Below, piece after piece: positions 13,036-25,513 of a stretch of 64,000 nucleotides of DNA. The stretch is from Glaucostegus cemiculus. Its lineage: Eukaryota. The notes below the pieces were generated by a model. The model searched no databases, was not told the DNA's origin, and worked only from the letters and a program-made list of their open reading frames with translations. The first letter of the stretch is position 1, and each line of letters starts with the position of its first letter. The stretch is from contig CDPCPM010000275.1 of NCBI GenBank assembly GCA_976551045.1, positions 4,092,001 through 4,156,000 on the forward strand, in the 5' to 3' direction. The position numbers and the translations under genes were made by a program.

Positions 13036-13195
13036 CTAGAGAGAAACAGAGTTAACGTTTCAGGCTGATGCCCTTTCTGCAAAACTGAAACATTAACCAT
13101 CCTTCTCACTCCACAGATTGTTCCGAACCTGTTGGGTATCTCCACCATTTTCAGTTTTATTTCTAATTTCCAGTATTTGCAGTATTTTGCATTTG
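13036..13195. mobile_element. Head-to-head Penelope-like termini; degenerate hammerhead-like core at 13050-13086 (-)
   Basis: The minus strand reads AGTT-TTGCAGA-AAGGGCATCAGCCT-GAAACGTT-AACT. A plus-strand copy of the same terminus follows. Confidence 0.6.
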
Positions 13196-14121
13196 CATGA
13201 GGAATGTTGATCATTTCAATTCCTACATGTCTCTATTGAAATGCAACAACCAGCTAAATATGCAGATTCTTTCAGCTTCTTCTTCTATTGAAAATAAATT
13301 CAAATCTCCCTTCCTCCAAAGAAAGGTATAGATTACTTTATTAAATAAATAATGATTACAAATGCAAAATTCCACACCACTGCTCCCCACCCAACTCTAG
13401 AACAACAATCAGATGGCTTTCTACACCCACTTAATCATGCACTCGCATTAGGGTGCAGAACACACTAAAAGTGAAAGGGATGTACGAGAGTCGAAAGAAG
13501 CATTAGCAGTGTGACTTTTCTGTAAAAAATTATCCTGATAATCTATTGCTGTCAGAGAGATTAATGGGATTTTCATCATCTTGTGCTGGTTGAAAGGTGT
13601 CAGTTTCAAAGCAATTTGAGGAATAATGTCATATTGGTCTGCCTTATCTCGGTAGAGTCTATAGCTTCCTGTCAGACACACTAACTACATACCCAGGGAT
13701 GCGACAAAGGCAGGTACTGCAGCAGACATTTTACAAATCTTTCTTTTTTTAGGAATCTTTCCACTCTTGGAATATATGTTACACAATGATTTTCAATGAC
13801 TTTCAAACAAAGATTCAAGCAACAGACACAATCTGGTCTGCAAAAGTAGGCAAGCCTAAATTTAAAAATACAACATGCACTCATTTAAAATTTACCAGAA
13901 TACTTTCCAAGTCTGATCTACATAGGGAGAATTAAATTTGGATACAAAAGATGGGAGAACCACAGTCTCCCATTGGCTTGGAGATGCCTGTTAAACTAAT
14001 ATTGCTGGGAAAATGGGTATAATAACTTAATTAGGTGTATATCCAAAACAGAAGATTGAAATGGAATAATACCAGTACAAAATTCCCTTCTGCACAGGTC
14101 CTGATATCAGTAAAGTAGCGT

Positions 14122-14136
14122 GGGGGGGGGGGGGGG
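14122..14136 (+). repeat. G15 homopolymer
   Basis: 15 consecutive G. Confidence 0.9.
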
Positions 14137-15054
14137 ATGAGTGACTTACTCCACAGAAAACCTGTAAGGCCTACAATGAGGAAATCTTTCCAACTGAAAT
14201 AAGATGCTGCAGCCTCCTGTCTCACGGGTGTGCAAATTAACAGCCTTGTCTTTGGGCAGGAGCTCAAGCAAGTGGGAGGAAATTGCAAGTTCAGATGGGT
14301 GGGTATAATCCACAGTAGCAAATGTTAAGGAAGTGCTTGGGGCTATGGGATGCTCACAGGTTGGTCGTGGGAGACAGAGAGGCCATCGCTGCAATTAATA
14401 AGGTTGGAGGATGGATCCAACAGTGATTGGGAGAAAGAGTACAGTCTGATACAAAGGGAGACCATGGCCTGGAGGTGCTGCCCTGTCCCACTTGAAAAGC
14501 TGAAAAAAATCTTCAGTTGATCCTCTTGGCCTTGTCAGCCTCAGGTTCTGACACTGCCCCTGCAGGCCACTGGTCAATATTGTAAATCAGGACCTGATCT
14601 GCATATTTAAAATAGGGCTGCATCCCCTACTCAAACATTTCACTCTGCATCTTCCCAATGCTGCATTGCTCAAACATGCAAGTCAATGTAGAGGCACAAT
14701 GGGAACAAATCTGTATCAAAGAGTCCAGTTATTGTATCTGCACACCTGTCTGATTTATGCCAGCTCAGAAAATTGAAAATTGGGACTGATATGTCAAAAT
14801 TCTGCAAGATATGCCATCTCCAGAAGAGAAGCAGGAGCAGTCATGATATCTTGTACTGAAATGTTGGGTCACCCATCATTGCCTTGAATCAGGACCTTGG
14901 CAAATTGAAAACCTGGTATGATCTTATCTAACTTAGAGAGTTTATCAGTGCAGGGCTAATCAGTGCAAAGAATTTAACATTTGCCCTGGATTTCAGAAGG
15001 CAGGTTTATTTCTGTCTCCTGAACTTCAGGCAGATTAAAAAAAACACGCAAAAC

Positions 15055-15110
15055 CTGAACTGTCAAATTTTGATTTGTGAGGCACAGCTGTCCTCTATAA
15101 GCTGACAGCT
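15055..15110 (+). promoter_or_regulatory. Candidate LRTM1 core promoter
   Basis: E-box CAGCTG (15085-15090), TATA-like TATAA (15096-15100) and two MEIS-type TGACAG/CTGTCA sites lie about 310 bp upstream of the ATG in non-repetitive DNA. Motif match only. Confidence 0.4.
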
Positions 15111-15406
15111 ACTGCTCACATGGTTTGTGAGACTTTGAAACCTGGCCTCGACTGTGTGTAAAAACTATGGAAAAATAGTCTAAATGCAGTAAGAGCTAGG
15201 TATCCTACAGGGGTCACAGTTAATAACTGATGCGTGACTTCATGAGGTAACAAACATCTCTACGGTTTGCAGTCAAATGGAACACTAGACCATTATCTGT
15301 GGAAATCTAAATCAGTATTAAATTCTGTGTGTTGATTTTATGTTGTATAACTACCTGGACTTGTTCAATTCTTTCTAAAAGGAAAGAAAAAGACAAAATA
15401 CAAACA

Positions 15407-15413
15407 ATGAAAG
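15407..15413 (+). CDS. LRTM1: LRTM1 first coding exon: 7 coding nt ATGAAAG (M-K-G)
   Basis: caaacaATGAAAG|gtaaga has A at -3 and a strong donor. Its phase 1 joins exon 2 to give MKGE..., the same start as human LRTM1 (MKGELL...). Confidence 0.88.
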
Positions 15414-17483
15414 GTAAGACCTGCGTTTTAAATGCCTAATCTGATATATATTTGGGAAATGCTCATTTAGAATTTCTCTCTTGTATGTTTGTCTCTTGAC
15501 TTAGTTTTTGAAATCAGTATTGAACCTAAAGCACTGGTCCAGGTTTTGCTGGGTTGGGCCAGTTTGCAGTCTACCCTATGAGTTTATCACAGTTTAGATT
15601 GAACATTTATTGCAACACAAATTGGAAGAAGTACAAGTTGATAAAGCAGGTACAAAGGGATTTCAGAGTGAAGAATGGAGCAAACAGTTGAGTTCCTTAA
15701 TGAGATTTAAATGCTGAGAAACAAACAGAGAAAATTGCAGGAGAAGGAAATAGAGGAAATTAGAGTCAAATCAGGTCCAGAAAGAAAAACAGATTTCAAT
15801 GAGAAGGACACAAAGGAAAACTAACAAAATAGTAAAATTTTAAATCCCAGCAATACACTACAACTTCAGTTACATCCTATCCATGTCTGTGCACTTTTGG
15901 CTTTGCTGGAAACGTAATCATGACCTTAAAAGACTACTTAAGCCATTAAGTGCTAGGCCTTAATTTTAGTGAACAGTTTGATTGGTATTCAGTGGATAGT
16001 TGGAGCAATTTCTTTAATCTTAAATGGAAGTTATGCATGCTTCCATTTCTGTGAGACTAAATCATTTATCAAATTCTGATGATTTATCAATTAAAGTTTA
16101 TCCTCTTCTTGCCACAGGTTGTTGAGCTGTTTGCACACTGAAGTCACTGTTACTCAGTTATGAAATTTTGTTGCAAAAATCTGAATGTCTCAATTAAATA
16201 GTAGCACTTTCAGAGCCAATACTGCAAATCAGCAGTGAAATGAACATCCAACAAATCTTATCCTATTCCTTTATTCCATGTTATGATTTAAGAAATGTAA
16301 CTTTACATGCTTATATGCACCATTCTAAATAATATTCAACAAGAAAGACATTACTACTTTTAGATATTACATAAAAGAATCAAGTTTGTAATCTGAAAGC
16401 TTTTTTTTAACAATGGTTGGAGTTAGCATTTTACATTTTGAGTAAATCAGAAATACAAATCTGCAGTGTATATTTCTTTTCAAGTGTTATAAGTGTCACT
16501 CTTTCAGTCCTCTCAAATCCCTAACCCAATCCTTCAAGTCTCCTTGACCTTCCTATTTTCCATTTTCATTCTGGGTTTGACTCTCTAAGCCTAGAATATC
16601 CCTCTGTGTCACTTGCAGCATCAAGGTTGCTTCTGTTTGAGCAGCAGACCCAACAGTGCCATCCCACTCTCCCACTGAACCCCTCACCCAACCTACCCAC
16701 TGGGGCAAAGCCAACAGATGTTCTGAATGTTCAACTAACTCCACCCCACGGTCTCTGCAGGATCCAGAATGTCCATTCCCTTAACATTGTCCTGCAGGTC
16801 ATTGTATCAATATTGTGGCCTCTGAGGAGGGATGATACCTTCTCCCAAGAGAAGCATCCACACCTCTGAATATACTTTCCACCATTTGCTATGTCCAGAC
16901 TGTCAGTTGCCAGTGTAGGTTGCATCACCAAGCTACTCCTCTGGCCTTTGCTCCTCCATAGGGCATTTTATCTAGTTGCAAGCCTCTTGTCTCTCATTTA
17001 AAACCCTCATTCTCAGCTGGCACCCAAGTGAAATGAAACTTTTCTCACTGAAGTATCTTCACCACTTACTTTACTCAGCCTTTTGCACTGAGCAATTTTT
17101 CATCCTTCGTTAACTCGAGCTCCAGCTCCAGCTCTATGGGTACATAACACCAAAATAGTGACAGTGTAGAAATTGACAGCACAAGCCATTTAAAACCTAA
17201 ACCCCAATAGGGAACAGATTGATTTGAAATAGCCATTACTTTAACACATCACTCAATTTCACATTCCAGTACAGGAAAGTATGACTATAATTGCTGCCAA
17301 TGTATCAAAGTGACACATCACATCTGATGTTTTGTGGAGTATAATGCTCCTGGTTATGTTGCAAGTCACCAATATTACAGTTGTAATGAAACCTAAGTCA
17401 TTTTTGTGCTTCTCTTGTATTAGTTTGCTTAGTTAACTCAACAGATAACTGAATTTACAGCTGCCCATTTTCATTGGATACAG

Positions 17484-18080
17484 GTGAAATTGGTTTGGGA
17501 ATTATCGTTTTCTTATTTGTACATTCAGTTACTGGATGTCCAGAAAGATGTCAATGCAACATTACTCTGAAAGAAGTGAGCTGCACAGAGAATGGACTGT
17601 CAGAGGTTCCAAAAGATGTTCCTCTTAACACAGAAATTCTATACTTACAGAATAACCACATTCATACAATATCAAACACTGCATTCACTGGTATGTCTCA
17701 GCTACAAATTTTAGACTTGTCCAACAACATTATTTCAAGTTTGTCATCAAATATATTTGATGGACTGCATAATCTTCTCAACCTAAACCTTGCAAATAAC
17801 TCCATCAACTACTTGGACAACAAAGTCCTTCATTCGGCTGGAAACCTCAAACAACTGGATTTATCGTTTAATAATCTTACTCATTTGCCTGAGGGCTTGT
17901 TCAAGAACCAAAAGAATCTGACCTGGCTTGCTATGCATCAAAACCAACTTCATCAAATCAGCAGGTCCCTGATGGATTCATTGTCAAATCTGCAAGTACT
18001 TCTGTTGGAGAAAAACCAGTGGAAGTGTGACTGTCACCTGACTGGATTAAAACTTTGGTTGGAGAGCTTTCTGTACAAAG
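17484..18080 (+). CDS. LRTM1: LRTM1 exon 2, 597 nt: signal peptide, LRRNT, five LRRs, start of LRRCT
   Basis: ggatacag|GT GAA... encodes EIGLGIIVFLFVHSVTG-CPERCQC...LYLQNNHI...LDLSNN...LNLANN...LDLSFN...NQWKCDCHLTGLKLWLESFLYK|gtcagt. It lies within ORF 17474..18130. Confidence 0.95.
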
Positions 18081-18388
18081 GTCAGTCAACAAATGTAATT
18101 TTACCTCTTCAGGAGTTATTAGTGCAGTAGTGCTCATGGTTTGCAGAGATTAGTAATGCCATCCCTTTAAGAAAACCTACAAACTTTACCATTCTGTCAG
18201 TTCTGCAGTGACACCAGCTGATATTCAAAAATGACAACAATGTCACAATGAAAATTACAGGAGTGAATCCTTTACTCATTAATCAAAGAAAACATTTTTT
18301 TTAAATCCCCTCTCATTAACATGAGATTATTACTTACTTCACCTCCTAGAATACAATGAATAAAAAAACAGGATTGAATAATGGATTA

Positions 18389-18488
18389 ATACACACAAAA
18401 TGCTGGAGGAACTCAGCAGGTCAGACAGTATCTATGGAGGGAAATAAACAATCAATGTTTCAGGTCAAGACTCTTCATCAGGATTGGC
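18389..18488 (-). mobile_element. 100-bp Penelope-like terminus with hammerhead-like core and 11-bp TSD, in LRTM1 intron 2
   Basis: TSD ATAATGGATTA at 18378-18388 and 18489-18499. The minus strand reads CAATC-CTGATGA-AGAGTCTTGACCT-GAAACATT-GATTG. Confidence 0.8.
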
Positions 18489-19724
18489 ATAATGGATTAG
18501 TAGCTTTTCCTTCAAATAATTGTGCATAATCACATAAATTATGATCACCACAAAGTTATTACCAGCAGCAGGTTGCGTTGCAAGGAGCAGGTTTTACTGA
18601 ATGTGAAAATGCAGCAAAAACTATATAGTGGAGAGAATGATACAGACTATAATAATAGAAGACAACCGAACTTGAGCTTATTTTGTTTTTAATAGAAGTG
18701 AAAGTGAAGGAATAGCTGAGGGCATTATAAACAAAAGGTAGAAAGGAGAGGTGAAGGATGATTATTTAAAAACTGTGATTAAGAATGTAATATTACAAAA
18801 CTGTAGAGCACCTTTACATGCAGGAAGAATCCTTAAAAATACAATGCAGATGAGATCCTGGATATTAGAATATTTTTCAAAAATTTTAACAGAATTTGGA
18901 CAGAGCCTTGTTGCAAGCCTACTAGCAGGTTGCATGTATATGTTCTAAGTTAGGAACTTTGCATTTACCACTGCATGTTTGTCTGATTACTGCAGTTGTC
19001 TATCTCTCTGCCAGTCATGCCATCACGACATCCACATCAGATCCATCATACCTTCCACATGTTCAGACTCAGATGTCGAGGTTTCCACCTACAGTTGTCT
19101 TGTTTTTGGTTTGAATGTGGGCATGTTCTCAGAACTTACTTTATAGAAAGGGGCTTGTGTATCCTATGTAGCAGGAAAACATATTCCCAATGAGTTCTGT
19201 TTCTCAAAGAGTTCTACAATTCACAATTTAACTTTTTTACGTGTTCTTAGGTCTTTGAAATTTCAGGTTCTTATTGCTCTCACATGTGAATGAAACATAT
19301 TGCTGTTGTGCACATCTTATATTTTGTTTTCTAATTATCCACAACAGGGAATGGAAAATCAGTTGCTTGAAAGTGACAGTGGTGAAATAATCAGTAGTAC
19401 TTTCTGATTGTGGGTAGTGTTATCTTTCTCTTGATATCAGGGAGCCCTGCCCAGCTATGATCACAAGCTCTAATATAACAATGAGTTCATCCAACCACAA
19501 GTACCCTTGGTCCATCATCCCTCAGTACCAGCACTCATCATTGCAATATCTAATTGTCTTTCATATGTGTTCAAGTTTTGCATTGTCCAATCTGAGTTAA
19601 GCTGTAATCAGAGTGTATATTATCAAGAAAAGCCTCCTGTTATCAGTTTGCAAGTCGGAATCCCTGTCTTCTTGTCTTAATCCAAAAGTACTTAAAGTGA
19701 TATTTTGGATTCACTTCTTGTTTT

Positions 19725-21230
19725 ACAACAACTTCCATTTACACCACCACTTGAACATAGCAAGAACATCTTGAAGTGTTTCATGGTAATGTTATCAAAC
19801 AAAATATTAAGGCAGGTGAACTGAAAGCTTAGAGGTTGACGACTAAATCTGGTCTTGCGTAGCTCTCCAGAATTGGAGAAGCATAAATATCTCAGAGGAT
19901 TAAAGGGCTGGAGGTGATTACAGAGATGGGGAGGAACAAAAGCCTAGAAGGATTTGATAATAAACATGAGAATTTTACTCCATCATTCAACATAATTATG
20001 ACTGATTATCCATCTCATTAACATATTCCTGTTGTTGCCCCATACCCCCTTTGACTCTGGAGATTTCTCCATCTCCTTCTTAAATTTATTCAGTGACTTT
20101 TCTCCACCACTAAATAAAAGTTAAAAAAAACACTGCAGATGCTAGAAATCTGAAATAAAAACAGGAAGTGCTGGAAACACTCAGCAGGCTAGGCAGCGCC
20201 TGTGGGAAGAAAAAAGTAGTTAATATTTCAGGTCCAGTATCTACTTTTTTTAAATTTTATTCACATGAAAGTTATAAAACTGAGGTGTTACTTAACCAAG
20301 TACCATGTACTTCACAAAAGCGAGCATGATGAGTAAATGTGACAGTACAAGTTAGAACAAAGGCAGGACAGTTTTGGATCACATCAAGATTATGGAGAAT
20401 AGAGTGAGAGAAGGCAGCCAGGAGTGGCTCTGATATAACCACGTCTGGAGGCAATAAAGACATAGATAAAAGTTTCAGTAGGAGATGAGTTGAAATAAAG
20501 CTCAGAACTGAGCAATATTATGGAATCAGAAATAGGCAGACTTAGAGATATGGGTCTGGATATTAAATATCATATCAAGGGTGAGAATGGCCTGGTTCAG
20601 TTTTAATCAGTGGCCATAGAGAGAATTAGCTTCCTCATCCCTCAGCTCCAGACATCGTCATTGGTGATCAACGAGTGGTGATTGTGGTAGGAGCAGACAA
20701 TTATAGCCGTAGCCGTCCAATGTTTAACTGGGTGATATTTCTGCACAGTTCTGGACACTGGATGTGATCTGACATTGTAGAGTCAATGGAGGGGGACATG
20801 AGGTGAGGCAGGTATAAAGCTGGATGACAACAGTGTTCATTTGGAAACTGACATGGTATTTTCTGATGATATGGCAAAGGAACAGATTGTAGATAAGAAA
20901 TCAGAAGCTGCTAAACACAGATCAGAGTAACAGAGGCAATGGTTTGGGTGCAGGAAGTGAAGTCATCACAGATGATTTTCTGAATGGATGAGAATGGAAT
21001 CAGCAAGTTCAGTCCCATCCAGTTCAACACCAGGGTGGGGGGGGGGGGTGGTGGGGAAGACTTTGAAGGAAATGATATCAATGGCTGCAGGCAGGTTGAA
21101 GAGGACAAGGAGGGAAGGATCATATAGGATGCCATCGGTTATTTTGATCAAAGCTGTTCAGTGCTGCAGTGGGAACCAAGACTAGATTGGAAGGATTCAA
21201 ACAAGGAGGTCTGAGCCAGCTGGGAATCAA
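19725..21230 (-). mobile_element. Degenerate L2-like LINE with nested short insertions (including a Penelope-like terminus at about 20125-20240)
   Basis: ORF 20272 has LHNLDVIQNCPAFVLT (L2: L..LQ..QN.AAR). ORF 20966 has SLLVLFNLPAAIDII (LLVLLDLSAAFDTV). The 3' end begins caacaacttccattta on the plus strand. Confidence 0.7.
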
Positions 21231-21679
21231 TTTTACATGTGTTTCTATTTCACTTGCTTCTTTTAGGATACACTTCATTCTGCCCTGGTGATTTATTCAC
21301 TTTAAAAGATGCTAGATCCCTTTCTGTGTCCTTGCCTTCTCTGTATATTATTTCCAATACTTTTCATTGTTTATTTCCCATTTATAGCAGTGTCTGCGTC
21401 ACCCCCTTTGCTCTGAAGGTAGTTGCAAAGTATTGACTTGTCCTTATACAACAGCCTTTCCCCTGCAGATATAGGCAACAATTGTGTCTCTGAAAGGACA
21501 CTTTATTTCCTTATAACCCTCTTCCTTTTCACATAGTTGTACAATAACTTCAATGTTTTCTTGCTTTTACCTTGCACTAATTTTTCATTTAGCTTCCTTT
21601 TCTTCATAAGTTCCTTTTTAATTTGCCACAGTACCTTCTATACTTCTGTTGGCTTTCTGCAGTGCTGAACTTTAATATT

Positions 21680-23120
21680 TGACATAACATATGACCATAT
21701 CAATTAGGAGCAGGAGTAGGTATCTTGATCACTTGAGTCTGCTCCCTCATTCAATAAGATCATGGTCTAGTAATCTTTCACTTCCTTGCTTATCAAGAAC
21801 CTATCTATCTCTGCTTTAAAAACATTCAATGACTTTGCTTAGATTGCCTTATGAGGTAGAGAGCTCCAAAGACTCGGCTCCCTGAGAGAAATAATTTCTC
21901 TTCGTTTCTGTCTTAAATGAGTGACTTTATATTTTTAAACAGTGACTTATAGCTCTAGATTTTCCCACAAGAGGAAACATCCTCTCCACAAATACCCTGT
22001 CAAGACTGCTCAGGATCATATAAGTTTCAATCAGGCCAGTTTCAGTCTTTTAAACTCTAGCAGATGCAGGCTAGCCTGTTCCACTATTCCTTGTAAAACA
22101 ACCAGGTAAAACAATCAGAGAAGTCTAGTAAACCTTCTCTGAACTGCTTCCAGCACACTATCATCCTTCCTTAATAAGACCAATACCGTACATGGTATTC
22201 CAGATGTGGTCTCACCAGTGCCCTATGTAACTGAAGTGTAACGTCCAAACTTTTGTATTTAAACCCCAAGCAATAAACAATAATATTCTGTTAGTTTACC
22301 AATTAGCTGCTGTACCTGCATACTACCCTTTTGCAAATCATGTACTAGGACACTGCGATCCCTCTGCATTTTAAGCCTTTATAACCTCTCACCTCTTGGA
22401 AAAAATGCTTTATTACTTTTCCTGATAACATGGAGAATTTCACATTTTCCCACATTATTCATTTGCAAGATCCATAGTCTCCCTAATCCCTGTGTGGTCT
22501 CCTAACATCCTTTTCACAACTTACTTTTCTACTTGTCTTCATGTCATCAGCAAATTTAGCAACTATTACTCCCTCCTTTTATCCAAGTCATTTATGTAAA
22601 CTGTATAAGGTTGAGGACCCAACTCTGATCTCTGTGCACACACCCATTATACCCCTCCAACCAGAAAGGCACCTATGTATGCCTATTCTCTGTTTTCTGT
22701 TAGCCTGCCAATCTTCTATCCATGCCAATATGTTATCTGCTGCACCATAAGCTTTCATTTTCTGCAATAACCTGTGATGTGGCAATTTATCAAAAACCTT
22801 CTGGAAATTTTAATGCACCCACTAGTTCTCCTTTATCCACAGCACATGTTACTTCTTCAAAGAACTTCAATAAATTGGTCAAACATGATTTCTCTTTCAC
22901 AAAACCATATTGACTCTGTCTGATTACATTGATATTTTCTAATTGCCTTACTATAACATCTTTAATAATCGCTTCTAACATTTTCCTTATGAGAAATGTT
23001 AAACTAACTTGCATGTAGATTCTGGTCTTTTTGTCTCCCCTCCCCCCTTTTTAAATAAAGGAGTTACACTTGCTAATTTACAATCTAATGGAACTTACTT
23101 GAATCTAGGGAATTTAGCTT
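21680..23120 (-). mobile_element. Degenerate CR1 LINE (RT and 3' tail) in LRTM1 intron 2; older CR1-like pieces flank it (about 21240-21670 and 23140-24000)
   Basis: ORF 22790..23014 has VSLT...KMLEAIIKD...IRQSQYGFVKEKSCLTNLLKFFEEVT. ORF 22588 has PHHRLLQKMKAYG...LAWIEDWQANRKQRI. Confidence 0.9.
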
Positions 23121-24350
23121 CCATTTTTACCTTTATCCTATCATCTATGTTCTTTAACATTCATAGGATCTAGATTTGAGAATTTCTGTTTCCTTTTCTT
23201 GGAGGAACATTCTTGGTATAAACCCTATTGGCTATTTGAATGTTCTTCACTATTTTAATAATGTTTTAAGATCAAGTAGCTGTTTCCAGTTGACATTTGT
23301 TATCTCTTTACTCTTGGTCTATCATTGTGCTCTACAACGCTAAATCTACCTGAATTATGATTGTTGCTTCCAAATTCCTTTCTCACTGTCATCCCTTGTC
23401 CATTTATGTAGATTCAGTCCACCTAACTAAATCCCCTACTGTTGCTCCAGATTCCAGCATCTGTCGTCTCTTGTGTCTGCCTCCTCTCTTGTTCTGTATA
23501 CTGAACAAAAGGGTTCTCTTGAATGCTTTTCAGGAACCCTGCTCATCCTATATTCTTTACCTCCATCCCAATTATTGTTTAGGTAATTCAGCAAGTAGCC
23601 TGTATTTTTGCTCTTCCATTTACCTCTGACTGGGGGCCTCTAACATAGTCCCAGCAATTTAACTACCCTTTCTTTGTTCTTCAGATCAACCCATCTGGAT
23701 TTGTTTACTTATCTTCTCAGCATATAATCCCTCCTCTCAGCTATAATTGTTTCCTGAACCATTGTCATACTCCCTCCTCTTTTACCCCCTACTCTCTACA
23801 TTGTAACCTGGAACACTGTAACTAGGAATGTGGAACTGCCATGCCTGGCTATGTTTCAGTAATGGCAACAATATTATACTTCTTTCCCCTGCCTTCCTGA
23901 TTTGTTTATTAAACCCTTACCTTCCACAACCAATTTTGCATTTCTCCTTTCTAAAACTATTGCCAGGTTCCTATACCTGCTCCAAGCTAATTTAAAGCTC
24001 TCCACAAGGGATCAGAATATAAAATACATGGCAGGAAAACATCACAGTTTGTCAGTATTAAAACAATGATAAATGTTTTCTTTTAATCAGCAACCTTATT
24101 GATTGCTCCATTTATTAAGAGATTTCTCTGGAGTAAAAATAAAAAAGTAAGAGGAATAAGGGAAAATGGGAAAGGACTTTGAATTTCTCCATTTTTCGTA
24201 ATTGTATTTTTAGTTCTTCCAGGAATCCTTCCAGATGTAATATCTGTATAGCTTATATGAAAATGCATTTTCTCTTTATGTTTTCTGTAAAATAAAACCA
24301 CAAATTGTAAGAAAATGTTCCATGCAATGACTCATTCTGCTTTAATACAG

Positions 24351-24784
24351 GAGGCCAGATTGATAAAATTCTGTGTGCAGAACCAGAGGATTTAAGAAGT
24401 AAGGATCTCATGAAAATTCCCCATGAATTATTCCAGGCGTGTTCCTCTGTTAAGTACAAGTCATCTCATGTTGATTCCAACCACAGAAGCTCCACCACCC
24501 AAAACTTGCATCACAAAATCGAACATGACCACAATCCAGATTGCAGTCCGAAGGCCAAGCAACGGTCTGGCAGTTTGCGTCATGCTATTGCCACAATTGT
24601 GGTAACTGGAGTCATTTGTGGCATTGTTTGCCTGATGATGCTGGTGGCAGCAATTTATGGTTGTTCGTATGCAGCTGTTATGGCTAAGTATCAAAGAGAG
24701 CTAAAGAAACTGGACCATCTGGGTCCAGTTGTTGAACAGGGAAATGCTGAAGAAAAGGAACCTCTAGACAGTTCACTGGTATGA
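24351..24784 (+). CDS. LRTM1: LRTM1 exon 3, 434 coding nt: end of LRRCT, stalk, TM helix, cytoplasmic tail, TGA
   Basis: taatacag|GA GGC CAG... encodes GGQIDKILCAEPEDLRSKDLMKIPHELFQAC...LRHAIATIVVTGVICGIVCLMMLVAAIYGCSY...EEKEPLDSSLV*. The LRHAIAT/IPHEL signature matches human LRTM1. The spliced CDS is 7+597+434=1038 nt, 345 aa. Confidence 0.95.
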
Positions 24785-25402
24785 GTTTCCATTTTCTGCC
24801 TTGCTTTTCAAATATCAAGACAAAATGTTGGAAACAAACTGTTACAAATCTATAATCAACATTTCTTTTATAAGGAAGATGGCATCTAACATCCTAGACT
24901 ATTTTAATTTGCTAAAGATCTTTGGACCTTGATTAGTTTGCATGTAAATCATGTATTATGTATATGAGTTCAGTATGGCTTTATTCAGTATCAACAGGAT
25001 AATGATAAAGGTGAAGAGTTAATATGGAAAGGAATTGGACATAATTATTAAACACATCAAAGGAATGTCATCCATTCCAGGTTATTGTGCAAGAAGGATC
25101 TTTTGTCTTTTTCAACGGAATACTTACTGTAGGATAGTTTTGCTTTGTTAATGGCTCTATACAAATATAAGTCAGTGTTGTGGTTTATTCTAGGACTATG
25201 TTACAACTGGGAACACATTGGTATCCTTTACTAAAGATACATTTTAACAAATTGCATTAGGTTTTTGGGTTATAATTATTCATATCTAGTAAGATGTGAA
25301 CACTATGGCCTCAAAATTATACAGTGAAGTAGTGGTGGGCCATTGGGTACTGCAGTCGTATGAATTCCTTTGTCATATTTCAATAGAAACATATATTCAC
25401 TT

Positions 25403-25513
25403 AATAAAGTATATTCATTAATCATTTAAAAGTATTATGTTCTCATAAGTAATGTTATCACATGTAATTTCAAAGTCTAAGTCACTGGAAACCTAAAATT
25501 ACTTCAGAATAAA
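25403..25513 (+). terminator. Candidate LRTM1 polyadenylation signals (AATAAA at 25403 and 25508)
   Basis: These are AATAAA hexamers about 620 and 720 nt after the LRTM1 stop, followed by T/GT-rich sequence. Confidence 0.4.

Noticed and set aside
14606-14615. MEF2-like site TTTAAAATAG upstream of LRTM1
   Set aside because: It deviates from YTAWWWWTAR and lies in a probable old repeat in AT-rich DNA.
17474-18130. ORF-track 218-aa LRR protein as a stand-alone secreted gene
   Set aside because: It starts at TTG in the intron and reads through the donor at 18081. It is LRTM1 exon 2, and ORF 24410..24784 is likewise part of exon 3.
15407-24784. Calling the pair LRTM2 / CACNA2D4
   Set aside because: The MKGE start, IPHEL, LRHAIAT and 345-aa length fit LRTM1. 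The host exons are near-identical to remembered CACNA2D3 (for example CASLDGKCSISCDDE).
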